From NCBI RefSeq assembly GCF_965221685.1, contig NZ_OZ244907.1: a stretch of DNA of 64,000 bases; one strand, 5' to 3'. The notes beneath the pieces are model-generated. The model was not told the DNA's origin. It was given only the letters and a program-made list of their open reading frames with translations, and made no database searches. The translations under genes were made by a program, and so were the position numbers. Every line of letters starts with the position of its first letter. Position 1 is the first letter of the stretch. Positions 18,455 through 29,411 of the stretch are shown here, in pieces. The stretch is from Candidatus Palauibacter sp. GTDB lineage: Bacteria; Gemmatimonadota; Gemmatimonadetes; Palauibacterales; Palauibacteraceae.

Positions 18455-20742
18455 GGTTCGTCGACGTTCCCGGCGTCCAGATCGGCAAGCGTCGCGAGCA
18501 CCTCGCGCGGCTTGGATCCCTCCGCGGGTCCCACGATCCCCGCCGCGTGCAGCTGGTCGATGATGCGCGCCGCGCGCCCGTACCCGATCTTGAGTCGGCG
18601 CTGAAGCAGGCTTGTCGAACCCGCGGCGTGCGAGATCACGATCTCGGCGGCCTGGCGGAACAACGGGTCGCGGTCCTCCGCACCCTCGTCGGAGACGCCC
18701 GATCCACCTTCTTCCTCCTCCAGTTCCTTCAGCAGGTCGAGGATGTCGCGCTCCGAAGCGGCCTCTTCCTCGGCCCTCTCGGCCTCCGCACGCGCCTTCG
18801 CCTGCTCCCGATACCAGTCGAGGAGGCGTTCCGTCTCCTCGGAGGAGATGTAGGCGCCCTGGATGCGGACGGGATCGGATTCGCCCGGCGGCAGGAAAAG
18901 CATGTCCCCGTTCCCGAGCAGGGACTCGGCGCCGTTCTGGTCGAGGATGGTGCGGCTGTCGATCTTCGACGCGACCCGGAACGCGATCCGGCTCGGGATG
19001 TTCGCCTTGATGAGGCCGGTGAGGACGTTGACCGAGGGGCGCTGCGTCGCGAGCACGAGGTGGATTCCGACCGCCCGGGCCTTCTGGGCCAGCATGGCGA
19101 GCGGCGTCTCGACCTCGGATTGTACCGTCATCATGAGGTCCGCCAGTTCGTCGATGATGAGGACGATGTAGGGGAGCGCACCCTCGTCGTAGAGCGCCGG
19201 CTCATCCATGACGCCGCGCTTCGGGAGGAACACCTCGCGCCCGCGGGCGATCCGGCCGTTGAACTCCGCGACATTCCGGCATCCGTTCGCCGAGAGCAGT
19301 CCGAAACGGCGCTTCATCTCGTAGACCGACCATTTCAGGACGGACGCGGCCTCTTCGTTGTCCGTGATGACGGGGTGGCGGAGGTGCGGGAGGTCTCCGT
19401 AGACGGACAACTCCACCATCTTCGGATCCACCATCAGGAGGCGGAGTTCGGCAGGCGTGTACCGGCACACCAGACTCGTGATGAGCGCGTTGATGCACAC
19501 CGACTTCCCGGACCCGGTCTGGCCCGCGATGAGGAGGTGCGGCATCCGGGTCAGGTCCGCGCACGTCGGCTTGCCGGAGAGGTCGCGGCCGAGCGCGAGC
19601 GGAAGCGCGTGGCGTCCCCGGCGATAGGACGGGCTTTCGAGGATCTCGCGCACGAGCACGATCTCCGACGCGGGGTTCGGCACCTCGACGCCGACGGCGC
19701 CCTTGCCCGGAATCGGCGCCACGATCCGAACGGATGGCGCCTTGAGGGCGAGCGCGATGTCATCCGCGCGGGCGGAGATCTGCCCCACCTTCACGCCCGG
19801 CGCCGGGACGACCTCGAACTGCGTCACGACCGGGCCCGTGGTCCAGCCGCCGATTTCGCCGGCCACGCGGAAGGTGGCGAGCTTCTCGATGAGGATCTCG
19901 CCGAGGCGGTCGAGATCGCGCACGCCGAGGCCGCTGCCCTGCCCCACCGGCGCGTCGAACAGTTGAATCGGCGGGACATCCGAGGAGCCGGGATCGCCGG
20001 CTTCCTTCAGTTCCGGGACGGGAGGCGTCTCATCCTCCGGTGCCGGGTCCGGCTCGGGCGGCGCGCTCGCCGGTTTCGCGGGCTTCCGTTTCTTCGCGGC
20101 ACGGCCCCGTCCGGTCGCCGCCTTCACCTTCGTTTCGCTCGGCGGATCGGGCTTTGCGGGCGACCGGGGAGCACGAGAGGGCCGCGCGCGGCCGGCGAAG
20201 GAGCGGCCGAGCCCGAGGACCGCGCCGCCGGCGGCCACGACTCCGCGGCCGAGCGAGCGCCCTCCCGCCGTCACGGCGCCCGTCAGCGACCACCTCATGG
20301 TGACGAAGAGCGTGAGCACGAGGACGCCCGCGGCGAGGAGCACCCCTCCGAGGCGACCGAACACCTGCGCGAGGCCGTCCCCGGCGGTCGCACCCAGCCA
20401 GCCGATATCGCCCTCGCTCCCGGGTCCCGGCCCCGCGATGAGCCAGTACAGCGACGGGAGGACCGCAAGCAGCACGACCGAGAGGATGGACCAGCGGAGG
20501 GCCAGGGTCGGATCGCCCCATCCGAGGAAATGCAGGCCCCACATGAACGCCGGGACCGCGACGAGCGGCGAAAGGACTCCGACGGCCCTCTCGAGGTTGT
20601 CGTGAAGCAGTTCCCCGGCTGGCCCGATCCAGTTGCCCCCCCCGGCGATCAGGGGAGACAGCAGCGCGAACGCCACCAGGAGGCCGAGCAAGATCAGCGC
20701 GACGCCGAGCACCTCGCGCCGTTGCCGTTCATCCACCATCAC
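18451..20742 (-). CDS. ftsK: DNA translocase FtsK
   Basis: 4TM N-terminus, PHLLIAGQTGSGKS, DPKMVEL, DELADLMM, ATQRPS and gamma domain LQRRLKIGY.RAA. Confidence 0.97.
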   Translation of the reverse strand: MMVDERQRREVLGVALILLGLLVAFALLSPLIAGGGNWIGPAGELLHDNLERAVGVLSPLVAVPAFMWGLHFLGWGDPTLALRWSILSVVLLAVLPSLYWLIAGPGPGSEGDIGWLGATAGDGLAQVFGRLGGVLLAAGVLVLTLFVTMRWSLTGAVTAGGRSLGRGVVAAGGAVLGLGRSFAGRARPSRAPRSPAKPDPPSETKVKAATGRGRAAKKRKPAKPASAPPEPDPAPEDETPPVPELKEAGDPGSSDVPPIQLFDAPVGQGSGLGVRDLDRLGEILIEKLATFRVAGEIGGWTTGPVVTQFEVVPAPGVKVGQISARADDIALALKAPSVRIVAPIPGKGAVGVEVPNPASEIVLVREILESPSYRRGRHALPLALGRDLSGKPTCADLTRMPHLLIAGQTGSGKSVCINALITSLVCRYTPAELRLLMVDPKMVELSVYGDLPHLRHPVITDNEEAASVLKWSVYEMKRRFGLLSANGCRNVAEFNGRIARGREVFLPKRGVMDEPALYDEGALPYIVLIIDELADLMMTVQSEVETPLAMLAQKARAVGIHLVLATQRPSVNVLTGLIKANIPSRIAFRVASKIDSRTILDQNGAESLLGNGDMLFLPPGESDPVRIQGAYISSEETERLLDWYREQAKARAEAERAEEEAASERDILDLLKELEEEEGGSGVSDEGAEDRDPLFRQAAEIVISHAAGSTSLLQRRLKIGYGRAARIIDQLHAAGIVGPAEGSKPREVLATLADLDAGNVDEP

Positions 20743-20907
20743 GCATCCTCCCCGCCCCGACTGCCAACGAGGGCGCCGTCTCGCCAGACCGGCACGATCT
20801 CGAGATCATCCAGCCGCTCTACAAGATGACCCGTGCACCACGCGTCGTCCATGCTCATGCGCCCCCACCGCCCGGCGCACACGATCGCGCTCACGGGCGA
20901 CCGCCGC
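20739..20907 (-). pseudogene. comB: Deleted remnant of 2-phosphosulfolactate phosphatase (ComB-like)
   Basis: 20894..20739 translates VSAIVCAGRWGRMSMDDAWCTGHLVERLDDLEIVPVWRDGALVGSRGGEDA*. This resembles the ComB IVCAG..G..S.(E/D)D...G.L segment joined directly to the C-terminal D...VP segment. Recognised by eye only. Confidence 0.6.
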
Positions 20908-22251
<1,344 letters not shown>

Positions 22252-22266
22252 GGGCCCGGCCGCGGC

Positions 22267-22761
22267 TCAGTCGGGCTCGATGCGGAAGAGGAGCGCGCCG
22301 TACTCCACCGGCTCGGCGTTCTCGACCGCGATCTCCCGCACGACGCCCGCGACGTCCGACTGCAGCTCGTTCATGAGCTTCATCGCTTCGAGGATGCAGA
22401 GCGTCTGGCCGGCCTCCACCCGGTCCCCCACGGATACGAAGGGATCGGCGTCGGCCGCCGGCGCCCGGTAGAAGGTGCCGACCATGGGAGAGAGCACCTC
22501 GAACAGCCCGGACGCGGGCGCCGCCTCGGCCGGTGGCGAGTCGGGCGCCGCGGCCGGCGTCTGCGCGACCTCCACGCTGCCGACCGCCGCCGCGGGCACG
22601 GCCGCAGCGGGCACGGCCGCCGCAGGCGCCACGCGCGGAGATTTCCTGATCCTGACACGGGTCGGGTCTCCCGTGTCCGAACCCACAAGCTCGATGTCGA
22701 GGCCGTCCACACCCGAGTCCTCGACCAACTCGATGAGTCCCTTCAGCCAATCCAGGTCCAT
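22267..22761 (-). CDS. accB: Biotin carboxyl carrier protein
   Basis: SPMVGTFY and the EAMKLMNE biotinylation motif, with an Ala/Pro linker. Confidence 0.97.
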   Translation of the reverse strand: MDLDWLKGLIELVEDSGVDGLDIELVGSDTGDPTRVRIRKSPRVAPAAAVPAAAVPAAAVGSVEVAQTPAAAPDSPPAEAAPASGLFEVLSPMVGTFYRAPAADADPFVSVGDRVEAGQTLCILEAMKLMNELQSDVAGVVREIAVENAEPVEYGALLFRIEPD

Positions 22762-22763
22762 GG

Positions 22764-23327
22764 TCAGGTCACCCGCGTGATGTACTTGTTTTCCGTCCTG
22801 TCGACGCGCACCACGTCGCCGGTCTCGAGGAAAAGCGGCACCTGGATCACGGCGCCGGCCGCCAGCCGGGCCGGCTTCGTTCCGCCCTGGGCCGTGTCCC
22901 CCCGCACCCCGGGGTCCGTCTCGACGATCTCCAACTCGACGAACTGCGGCAGTTCGATCGCGAGCACGACGCCGTCACGGTTGAGGCTCTGACACTCCAT
23001 GTTCTCCTCCAGATACTGGAGCTGGTCCTCTCCGATCTGGTCTCCCGACATCGGAATCTGTTCGAAGGTTTCCATGTTCATGAAGTAGTAGAGGTGACCG
23101 TCCGTGTACGTGTACTGTACGGGTCGCCGTTCCAGACGCACTTCCCTGACCTTCTCGCCGGCGCGGAAGGTCTTGTCGATCACTCCTCCCTCCATCACGT
23201 CCTTGAGTTTCGTGCGGACGAAGGCTCCGCCCTTTCCCGGCTTGACGTGCTGGAAGTAGGTGATCGAGTAGAGGGTGCCGTTGAGTTCGATCACCATCCC
23301 CCGACGAAAATCCGAAGTATCTGCCAT
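22764..23327 (-). CDS. efp: Elongation factor P
   Basis: [17 protein letters not shown] and VPLF...GD. Confidence 0.98.
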   Translation of the reverse strand: MADTSDFRRGMVIELNGTLYSITYFQHVKPGKGGAFVRTKLKDVMEGGVIDKTFRAGEKVREVRLERRPVQYTYTDGHLYYFMNMETFEQIPMSGDQIGEDQLQYLEENMECQSLNRDGVVLAIELPQFVELEIVETDPGVRGDTAQGGTKPARLAAGAVIQVPLFLETGDVVRVDRTENKYITRVT

Positions 23328-23347
23328 GGTATCTGCCAGGTATCCTG

Positions 23348-24433
23348 CTAGAGCCGGACGAGGGTGCGTGGAAGGCGGGTCAGCGTGCGGGCACCGGCCT
23401 CCCCGATCCGCACATCGTCCTCGATGCGCACGCCGCCGCGTCCGGGAAGATACAAGCCCGGTTCCACTGTCACCACGTTTCCCCGCTCGAGGACATCATC
23501 GGAGCAGGACGAGAGGCTTGGGCCCTCGTGCACGTCGAGTCCGATCCCGTGTCCCGTGCTGTGACCGAAGAAGCCGTCCATGTCGTGGCGTGCGAACGTC
23601 TCCCGCACGGCCTCGTCCACCTCCCGGCACGCGACCCCGTCGCCGATCACCTCGCGCGCTTTCGTCTGGGCTTCGAGCACCTGCTCGTGAAGCGTCGCCT
23701 GCCAGGGCTCGGGCGTCCCCCGCACGAAGGTGCGCGTGAGATCGCTGCAGTAGCCGTCCACGCGGGCGCCGAAGTCGATGAGGAGGAGATCCCCGGGCTC
23801 GACGCGTCGGTCCGTGGGTGTCGCGTGGGGAAGCGCGGAGCGTTCTCCCGCCGCGACGATCGGGTCGAACGGGAGCGGATCCGAGCCTCCGCGGCGGAGT
23901 TCCATCTCGAGCGCGGTCGCGATCTCGCGTTCGGTCGGTGAGGCGGACCAATCCATGGTCGACAGCAACCGGTTGAACGCACCTTCCGCCACCGCAATCG
24001 CCCGTTCGATGGCATCGACTTCGTCGGCGGTCTTCACCTGCCGCAACGTCCGGATGAGGTTGCGGAGCGGGACGAAGGCGATATCGGGGAGCATGCCGCG
24101 GAGAGACTCGTAGTCGGCGACCGTGAGCCCCTCGGCCTCGAACGCGATGGGGCCCGCGGCGTCCGCCGCCACTTCGGCGACGCCGCGGATCCACCCCTCG
24201 CGGCTGATGTGGGTGCGGATCGAATCCGCCACCTCGATGTCGACCTGCTCCTCGTAGCGAAAGTCCGTGACGAGCACCGGCGGACTCTCGAGGGGGATCC
24301 ACAGAGCCCCGGCGGAGCCCGTGAACCCGCTGAGGTAACGGACGCTGGATCGGGCGGTCACGAGGACCGATCGGCGATCGGCGGCCCTCGTCGTCGCTTC
24401 AAGCCGCAGGCGCCGGGCACCCGGCGGCGTCAC
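23348..24433 (-). CDS. Xaa-Pro aminopeptidase (M24)
   Basis: YLSGFTGS, TDFRY, D.G....GYCSDLTRT, HSTGHGIG..VHE, TVEPG.Y and GVRIEDD. Confidence 0.93.
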   Translation of the reverse strand: MTPPGARRLRLEATTRAADRRSVLVTARSSVRYLSGFTGSAGALWIPLESPPVLVTDFRYEEQVDIEVADSIRTHISREGWIRGVAEVAADAAGPIAFEAEGLTVADYESLRGMLPDIAFVPLRNLIRTLRQVKTADEVDAIERAIAVAEGAFNRLLSTMDWSASPTEREIATALEMELRRGGSDPLPFDPIVAAGERSALPHATPTDRRVEPGDLLLIDFGARVDGYCSDLTRTFVRGTPEPWQATLHEQVLEAQTKAREVIGDGVACREVDEAVRETFARHDMDGFFGHSTGHGIGLDVHEGPSLSSCSDDVLERGNVVTVEPGLYLPGRGGVRIEDDVRIGEAGARTLTRLPRTLVRL

Positions 24434-24897
24434 TCCGCTTCCGCCTCGGCGCTCCCGCGGAGATGCTGGATGAGCGCCTCGAGCCCGAACAGGTAGCTGG
24501 AGACCCGGAATCCGGTGATGACGCCGATCGCGAGGTCGGAGAGGAGCGACGTGTGCCGGAACGGCTCGCGAGCGAACACGTTGGACAGGTGGACCTCGAC
24601 GAAGGGACGGCCGGAGCCGGCGAGGGCGTCGCGAAGCGCCACGCTCGTGTGGGTCAGGGCCGCGGCGTTGACGAGCCACGCATCCACCGCGCCGGTGTTC
24701 GCCTGCACCCAGTCCACGATCTCGCCTTCGTCATTGGATTGGAGAAACACGAGCGAGGCGCCGCCCGCGTCCGCGCGCTCGCGAAGGAGCGACTCGATCT
24801 CAGCCAGTGTCCGCGTTCCGTAGTGGTGAGGCTCGCGGCGCCCCAGGAGATTGAGGTTCGGTCCGTTCAACACGCCGATGCGGATGGGCTCGCGCAC
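24430..24897 (-). CDS. aroQ: Type II 3-dehydroquinate dehydratase
   Basis: LNGPNLNLLGRREP..YG, QSN.EG, N.AA.THTSVALRDA and EVHLSN...RE.FRH.S. Confidence 0.96.
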   Translation of the reverse strand: MREPIRIGVLNGPNLNLLGRREPHHYGTRTLAEIESLLRERADAGGASLVFLQSNDEGEIVDWVQANTGAVDAWLVNAAALTHTSVALRDALAGSGRPFVEVHLSNVFAREPFRHTSLLSDLAIGVITGFRVSSYLFGLEALIQHLRGSAEAEAE

Positions 24898-24901
24898 GCG
24901 C

Positions 24902-25624
24902 TCAGTCCGATCCCGCGGAAGCTTCGCCGTCGAGGATTCGGCGAAGCTGCTCGCCGATCGACTCCGGGACGTCCGTGTCCGGTGCCTCCGGCGCGGGCTG
25001 AACCTCCCGGGGCTCCCTTGCGTCCTCCGCGCGGCGACGCAGCTCGGCGATCGCGGCGATGAGTTCGGCGTCGTCCGGGTTGCGGGAGAGCATCTGCTCG
25101 TACACCGCGATGGCGCGGTCGAAGAGACCCTGGCTCGCGTACAGTCCGGCGAGCGTCGAGGTCTCGATGCCCTTCGTCGGGACGGCTGCGGGGCCCGTCG
25201 CGTCGCCTTTCGGCGCGGGACGCGCATCGGCTTCATCGTTCCGCCACGTCTCCTCGAGTGCCTCCAGCCAGTCGTCGGTCGAGGCGGCGGCGCCCGAGGA
25301 ACCATCCGCCTTCGTCTCGACGCGCTCGACGCCCAGCGCGATGCAGGCGAGCGGGTTCGCCGGATCGAGCGTGAGGATGTGCTCGAACTCGATCCGCGCG
25401 GCCTCCTCGTCACCGAGTTCAAGCAGCACGCGGGCGTGGAGCAGGCGCGCGTCCAGATAGTACGGGTGTTCCCTCAGGCCATCCCGGATCACGCTCAGGG
25501 CGCGTTCGCGCTCCCCCGCTTGCCGGTAGAGGTCGGCGAGGCGCGCGAACGTGTGGGTCCGCGGCTCCGATTCTCCGCGGCGCGTGAGTTGTTCGATCTC
25601 CACGGTCTGGTCGTCGGCGGCCAC
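24902..25624 (-). CDS. Tetratricopeptide repeat protein
   Basis: TPR-like helices FARLADLYRQAG, L.LDP.N and TLAGLYASQG....A..VYE. GTG start ~55 bp downstream of the candidate promoter. Confidence 0.75.
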   Translation of the reverse strand: MAADDQTVEIEQLTRRGESEPRTHTFARLADLYRQAGERERALSVIRDGLREHPYYLDARLLHARVLLELGDEEAARIEFEHILTLDPANPLACIALGVERVETKADGSSGAAASTDDWLEALEETWRNDEADARPAPKGDATGPAAVPTKGIETSTLAGLYASQGLFDRAIAVYEQMLSRNPDDAELIAAIAELRRRAEDAREPREVQPAPEAPDTDVPESIGEQLRRILDGEASAGSD

Positions 25625-25678
25625 AGGCTTCGCAGGGAGAAAAGCGGCAGGTTCGGGCCTTCCGACCCAGTCCCCGGC

Positions 25679-25708
25679 AACATACCGATCGATTTTTTTG
25701 ATTGTCAA
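25679..25708 (-). promoter_or_regulatory. Candidate sigma70 promoter for the long leftward operon
   Basis: The minus strand reads TTGACA-N18-TATGTT in an AT-rich patch of a divergent intergenic region. Confidence 0.7.
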
Positions 25709-25877
25709 CGAACGTCGCCGAAATGCGGTGGGGCTCCCGTCTTTCGTTGCCCGGAACGCCGGGCCGGCATACGTTTTCGAGCGATCACGGGTCCGGCACG
25801 TTCGGTCCCGTTTCCGGCCCAGGCGCGGCCGCGTTCGGGCGACTCGATTCAAGACGACAAGGTGGGTTCGGCGTCTC

Positions 25878-27719
25878 ATGTTCATGCGGAAGATGCGCGG
25901 CAGCGCGAGCCTCGTGATGGGCATCATGGCCGCGGCCTTCGTGGGCTGGCTGGTGTTCGACGGTATCAACGCGATGCAGGGGGGGAACCTCGGCGGGCAG
26001 ATCAACCCCGTCGTGGGGCAGGTGGGGGGACAGGACATCCGCTACAACGAGTGGAACATCTTCCTCCAGAACCAGCTCGCGGTGAGCCGCGCGGCCGATC
26101 GCGGCATGACGGATGAGGACGTACGCGTCGTGACCGAACGGGCCTGGGAGAGCCTGATCAGCGCGACGCTGATTCAGGCGGAACTGGACCGGCTCGGGGT
26201 CAGCGTCTCCGACGCGGAGGTGCGCCAGGCATTCTTTACGCAACCACCGCAGGAGATGTTGAGCTATCCCGGGTTCCAGACGGACGGGCAGTTCGACATC
26301 GACAAGTACCGCCGGTTCTTCACGGACCCCGCGACGGATGAGACGCAGCTGTTGCAGATCGAGGGTTACTACCGCTCCATCCTTCCGCGCGCGAAGCTGC
26401 AGACGCTCGTCCAGAGCGGCATCTACGTGTCCGAGGAGGAAGCGTGGCGATTCTATCGGGACACGAACGAGCGGGCCCGCGTCCGATTCGTGCGGGTCGA
26501 CCCGGCCCTGACCGTGGAGGACTCCGAGGTTTCCGTTTCGGAGGACGAAGTCCGGCAGGTCTATGACGAGCGCGTGGATGAGCTCATCCGACCCGCCAGC
26601 GCCCGCGTGAACATGGTCAGCATCTCCCTCCGACCCTCCGTCGCCGACTCGCTCGCCGCCCGCGAACGGGCCGCCGCCCTCGCGGAGCGCGTGCGGGGGG
26701 GCGAGGATTTCGCCGAGGTGGCGATGGCGGAGTCCGCGGATTCGATCTCCGGCGTCGATGGCGGTTTCATGGGCAAACGTCCGACGAGCGCCTTCGACCC
26801 GCGACTCGTCGAGGCCGCCGCGGACGCTCCGCTGGGAGAGGCTACGGATCCGGTCGAGACGCCGTTCGGGCTGCACGTCCTGCAGGTCGACGAGCGCACC
26901 GCGGACTCCCTGGCGCTACGCCAGATCTACGTTCCGTTCGAGATTTCCGGCGCTACCGAAGACTCGGTGTTCACGCTCCTCGACGACCTCGAGGATCTTG
27001 CGCTGCGCACGGATCTCCTGACCGCCGGCGACTCCCTTGGAGTGACGATCCGCACCGATGTGCAACTCCTGGACGGCGTGGACTTCATTCCGGGCGCCGG
27101 CCAGCTGGGAGTGGCGAGGGAGTGGGCCCTCGGCCCCGAGAGCGAGATCGGGGACCTGTCCGACTCGTTCGAGAACCCGTCGGGGTTCCATCTGCTCGAG
27201 CTTCTCGGACGGCGGGACGAGAGCACGATTCCGTTCGAGGAAGCCGGGATCGGGATTCGCGCGGAACTGCTCGTGGAGAAGAAGAAGGAAGGCGCCGCGG
27301 AACTGGCCGGCGGTCTGCTCGCCGCGGTCGCGGCGGGAAGTTCTCTCGACGAGGCGGCGGAGGAACTCGGGTGGTCGGTCGAGGAGACCGAGTTATTCCG
27401 CCGGGGCGATTTCGTCCCGGGACTCGGTCAGGGCACCGAGGCGGTCGGATTCGGATTCGGGGCCGATGTCGGCGAGCTCAGCGGCGTCCTCGACGCCGGT
27501 GATGCGGTCGTCGTCGTGGAGGTCCTGGAGCGTGAAGAGACCACGCGGGACGGGTTCGACGAGGTCAGGGATGCCGTGCTGGGGCAATTGAGCTTCGAGC
27601 GTTCCCAGCAGTACGTGCAGAAGTGGCTGGCTGCGCTTCGCGACGACACGGTCGTTGAGGATCACCGCGCGAGGCTCCTGCTGCAGGAGGATGTCCAGCC
27701 GATGATTCCGGGCTTCTGA
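25878..27719 (+). CDS. SurA/PpiD-like periplasmic chaperone with parvulin PPIase domain
   Basis: N-terminal TM anchor, SurA_N-like region (VSDAEV, F.TDGQFD..KY) and parvulin motif GEDFAEVA...S.D.....GG..G...PVETPFGLHV. Confidence 0.85.
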   Translation: MFMRKMRGSASLVMGIMAAAFVGWLVFDGINAMQGGNLGGQINPVVGQVGGQDIRYNEWNIFLQNQLAVSRAADRGMTDEDVRVVTERAWESLISATLIQAELDRLGVSVSDAEVRQAFFTQPPQEMLSYPGFQTDGQFDIDKYRRFFTDPATDETQLLQIEGYYRSILPRAKLQTLVQSGIYVSEEEAWRFYRDTNERARVRFVRVDPALTVEDSEVSVSEDEVRQVYDERVDELIRPASARVNMVSISLRPSVADSLAARERAAALAERVRGGEDFAEVAMAESADSISGVDGGFMGKRPTSAFDPRLVEAAADAPLGEATDPVETPFGLHVLQVDERTADSLALRQIYVPFEISGATEDSVFTLLDDLEDLALRTDLLTAGDSLGVTIRTDVQLLDGVDFIPGAGQLGVAREWALGPESEIGDLSDSFENPSGFHLLELLGRRDESTIPFEEAGIGIRAELLVEKKKEGAAELAGGLLAAVAAGSSLDEAAEELGWSVEETELFRRGDFVPGLGQGTEAVGFGFGADVGELSGVLDAGDAVVVVEVLEREETTRDGFDEVRDAVLGQLSFERSQQYVQKWLAALRDDTVVEDHRARLLLQEDVQPMIPGF

Positions 27720-27793
27720 TCCCGAGTCGCTAAAGACCCGCCGGGCCACTGCCCTCCGCGGGGCGGCGGTCGCCCGGCTCCGCCGGATCCCCG

Positions 27794-28036
27794 CTAGCTC
27801 TCCGTGTTGGCGGGGCGGGCCTGCGCGGTCTCCTGCGTGGCGGAGGCAGCGGACGGAGGCGCGGTATCCCCCGTGATCTCGGCCCGCACATCGGCCTCGA
27901 CCTCCTTGATCGAGCCCTTGAATTCACGGATCCCCCGGCCAAGAGAACTCCCGATCTCGGGAAGCCGCTTCGCGCCGAAGAGGAGCAGGATAGCGAGGAA
28001 TACGAGCAGCAACTCCCATGGGCTCAGACCGAACAT
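27794..28036 (-). CDS. tatA: Twin-arginine translocase TatA/E
   Basis: ELL......LLLFGAKRLPEIG.SLG.GIREFK. Confidence 0.95.
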   Translation of the reverse strand: MFGLSPWELLLVFLAILLLFGAKRLPEIGSSLGRGIREFKGSIKEVEADVRAEITGDTAPPSAASATQETAQARPANTES

Positions 28037-28075
28037 CTCAAACTCCTTGGTTGTGGCTCATCTCCGGTGCCCCGG

Positions 28076-28357
28076 TCAGATAAGCGACCGGGCGAACCAG
28101 GCGACGAGCACGACCCCGACGACGCTCAACACGTTCAGGCGCAGGACGATCGGCCCCAGCGTGAATGCAAGCACCTTGAGATCGAATGCAAGCGGCTGCA
28201 GTGAAGCCGCGACCGTCGTGACAAAAAACTGCCGCGCCGCCGACGGGGGCAACGTAACCGTCGCGAGTTCCGTGAGCAGCCCCCCGAGCACGAATCCCCC
28301 CGCGATGATGAGGACCAGGCGTATCGGGGAACGATGGCGTCGGCTTCCGAAGTTCAC
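28076..28357 (-). CDS. Small membrane protein (DUF4321-like)
   Basis: Two hydrophobic segments with a central DL.V..FTLG...L.LN..S..G pattern. Confidence 0.6.
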   Translation of the reverse strand: MNFGSRRHRSPIRLVLIIAGGFVLGGLLTELATVTLPPSAARQFFVTTVAASLQPLAFDLKVLAFTLGPIVLRLNVLSVVGVVLVAWFARSLI

Positions 28358-28360
28358 TCG

Positions 28361-29347
28361 CTACCGCACTCTCTCGACTACGTAATCCACCGCGAGGCTC
28401 AGTGCCTCGAGGCACGGACTCGCCGGCAGGCGACGGAGCCGGTCCCGGGCCCGGTTCGCCCGCGACCGCGCTTCCTCGCGCGCCGTCTCCACGCCTCCAT
28501 GCGCTTCGACGAGATCCAGGATCTCCCGCACGGCTTCGGGGGAGGGCTCCGGGTCCGCGAAGAGTCCTTCGACAGCGCGTCGCTCCCCCCACTCCATCTT
28601 GGGCAGGGCGGCGATCAGGGGCAACGTTACCTTGTGTTCCTGCAGGTCCTGTCCGCGCGGCTTTCCCATCACCCGGGTCGACGACGAATAGTCGAGCAGA
28701 TCGTCGACGATCTGGAACGCCATCCCCAGATGATGGCCGTACTCGCGCAGGGCGTCCCGGTATTGCGGCGCCCCCGACAGTGTCCCGAGTTCGCACGCCG
28801 CGGACATCAGGGACGCCGTCTTGTGCTCGCACAGCCTCTCGTAGTCCTCGCGGGTGAAGTCGAGGCCATCGTGGAGCACGAGTTGCCGCATCTCCCCGAT
28901 CGTCATGCGGTTCGCCGTGTCGGCGAGGAGGGCGACCTGCTCGAGCCTTCCGAGCGCGACGACCTCGATGACCGCGCGCGAATACAGGTAGTCTCCCGCG
29001 ATGATCGCGACCTGGTGCGTCCAGCGATGGTTGACGGTGGGCCGGCCTCTGCGCCTCGCCGAGTGATCGACCGCGTCGTCGTGCACGAGGGTCGCGACAT
29101 GCAGCAGCTCGACGATGGCCCCCAGTTTCACGGCATCCGGGGAGGGCCGACCTCCGACGCCGTTTGCGAGGAGGAGCAGGGTGGGCCGCAGGAGCTTCCC
29201 GGACCGCTCAAACAGGTAGTCGCCCACCTCGTCGAGGGCTTCGAATCCCGATGGCGCCATCCCGCGGAGTTCGCACTCGACGGCAAGGAGCCGGTCCGCT
29301 ACGGGCAGGCGGACTTGTTCCAGGTCGATGGCGATGGTCGGGAGCAT
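28361..29347 (-). CDS. Polyprenyl diphosphate synthase (IspB/HepT-like)
   Basis: GKLLRP, LVHDDAVD....RRG, GD, KTASL, AFQIVDD and DL.E.K.TLP. Confidence 0.93.
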   Translation of the reverse strand: MLPTIAIDLEQVRLPVADRLLAVECELRGMAPSGFEALDEVGDYLFERSGKLLRPTLLLLANGVGGRPSPDAVKLGAIVELLHVATLVHDDAVDHSARRRGRPTVNHRWTHQVAIIAGDYLYSRAVIEVVALGRLEQVALLADTANRMTIGEMRQLVLHDGLDFTREDYERLCEHKTASLMSAACELGTLSGAPQYRDALREYGHHLGMAFQIVDDLLDYSSSTRVMGKPRGQDLQEHKVTLPLIAALPKMEWGERRAVEGLFADPEPSPEAVREILDLVEAHGGVETAREEARSRANRARDRLRRLPASPCLEALSLAVDYVVERVR

Positions 29348-29411
29348 ACCCTCCTCGGCGCGCGAGCGGCGCATGAAGTGCATGGGAATGTCGGAAGCCC
29401 CGAGAGGAATG

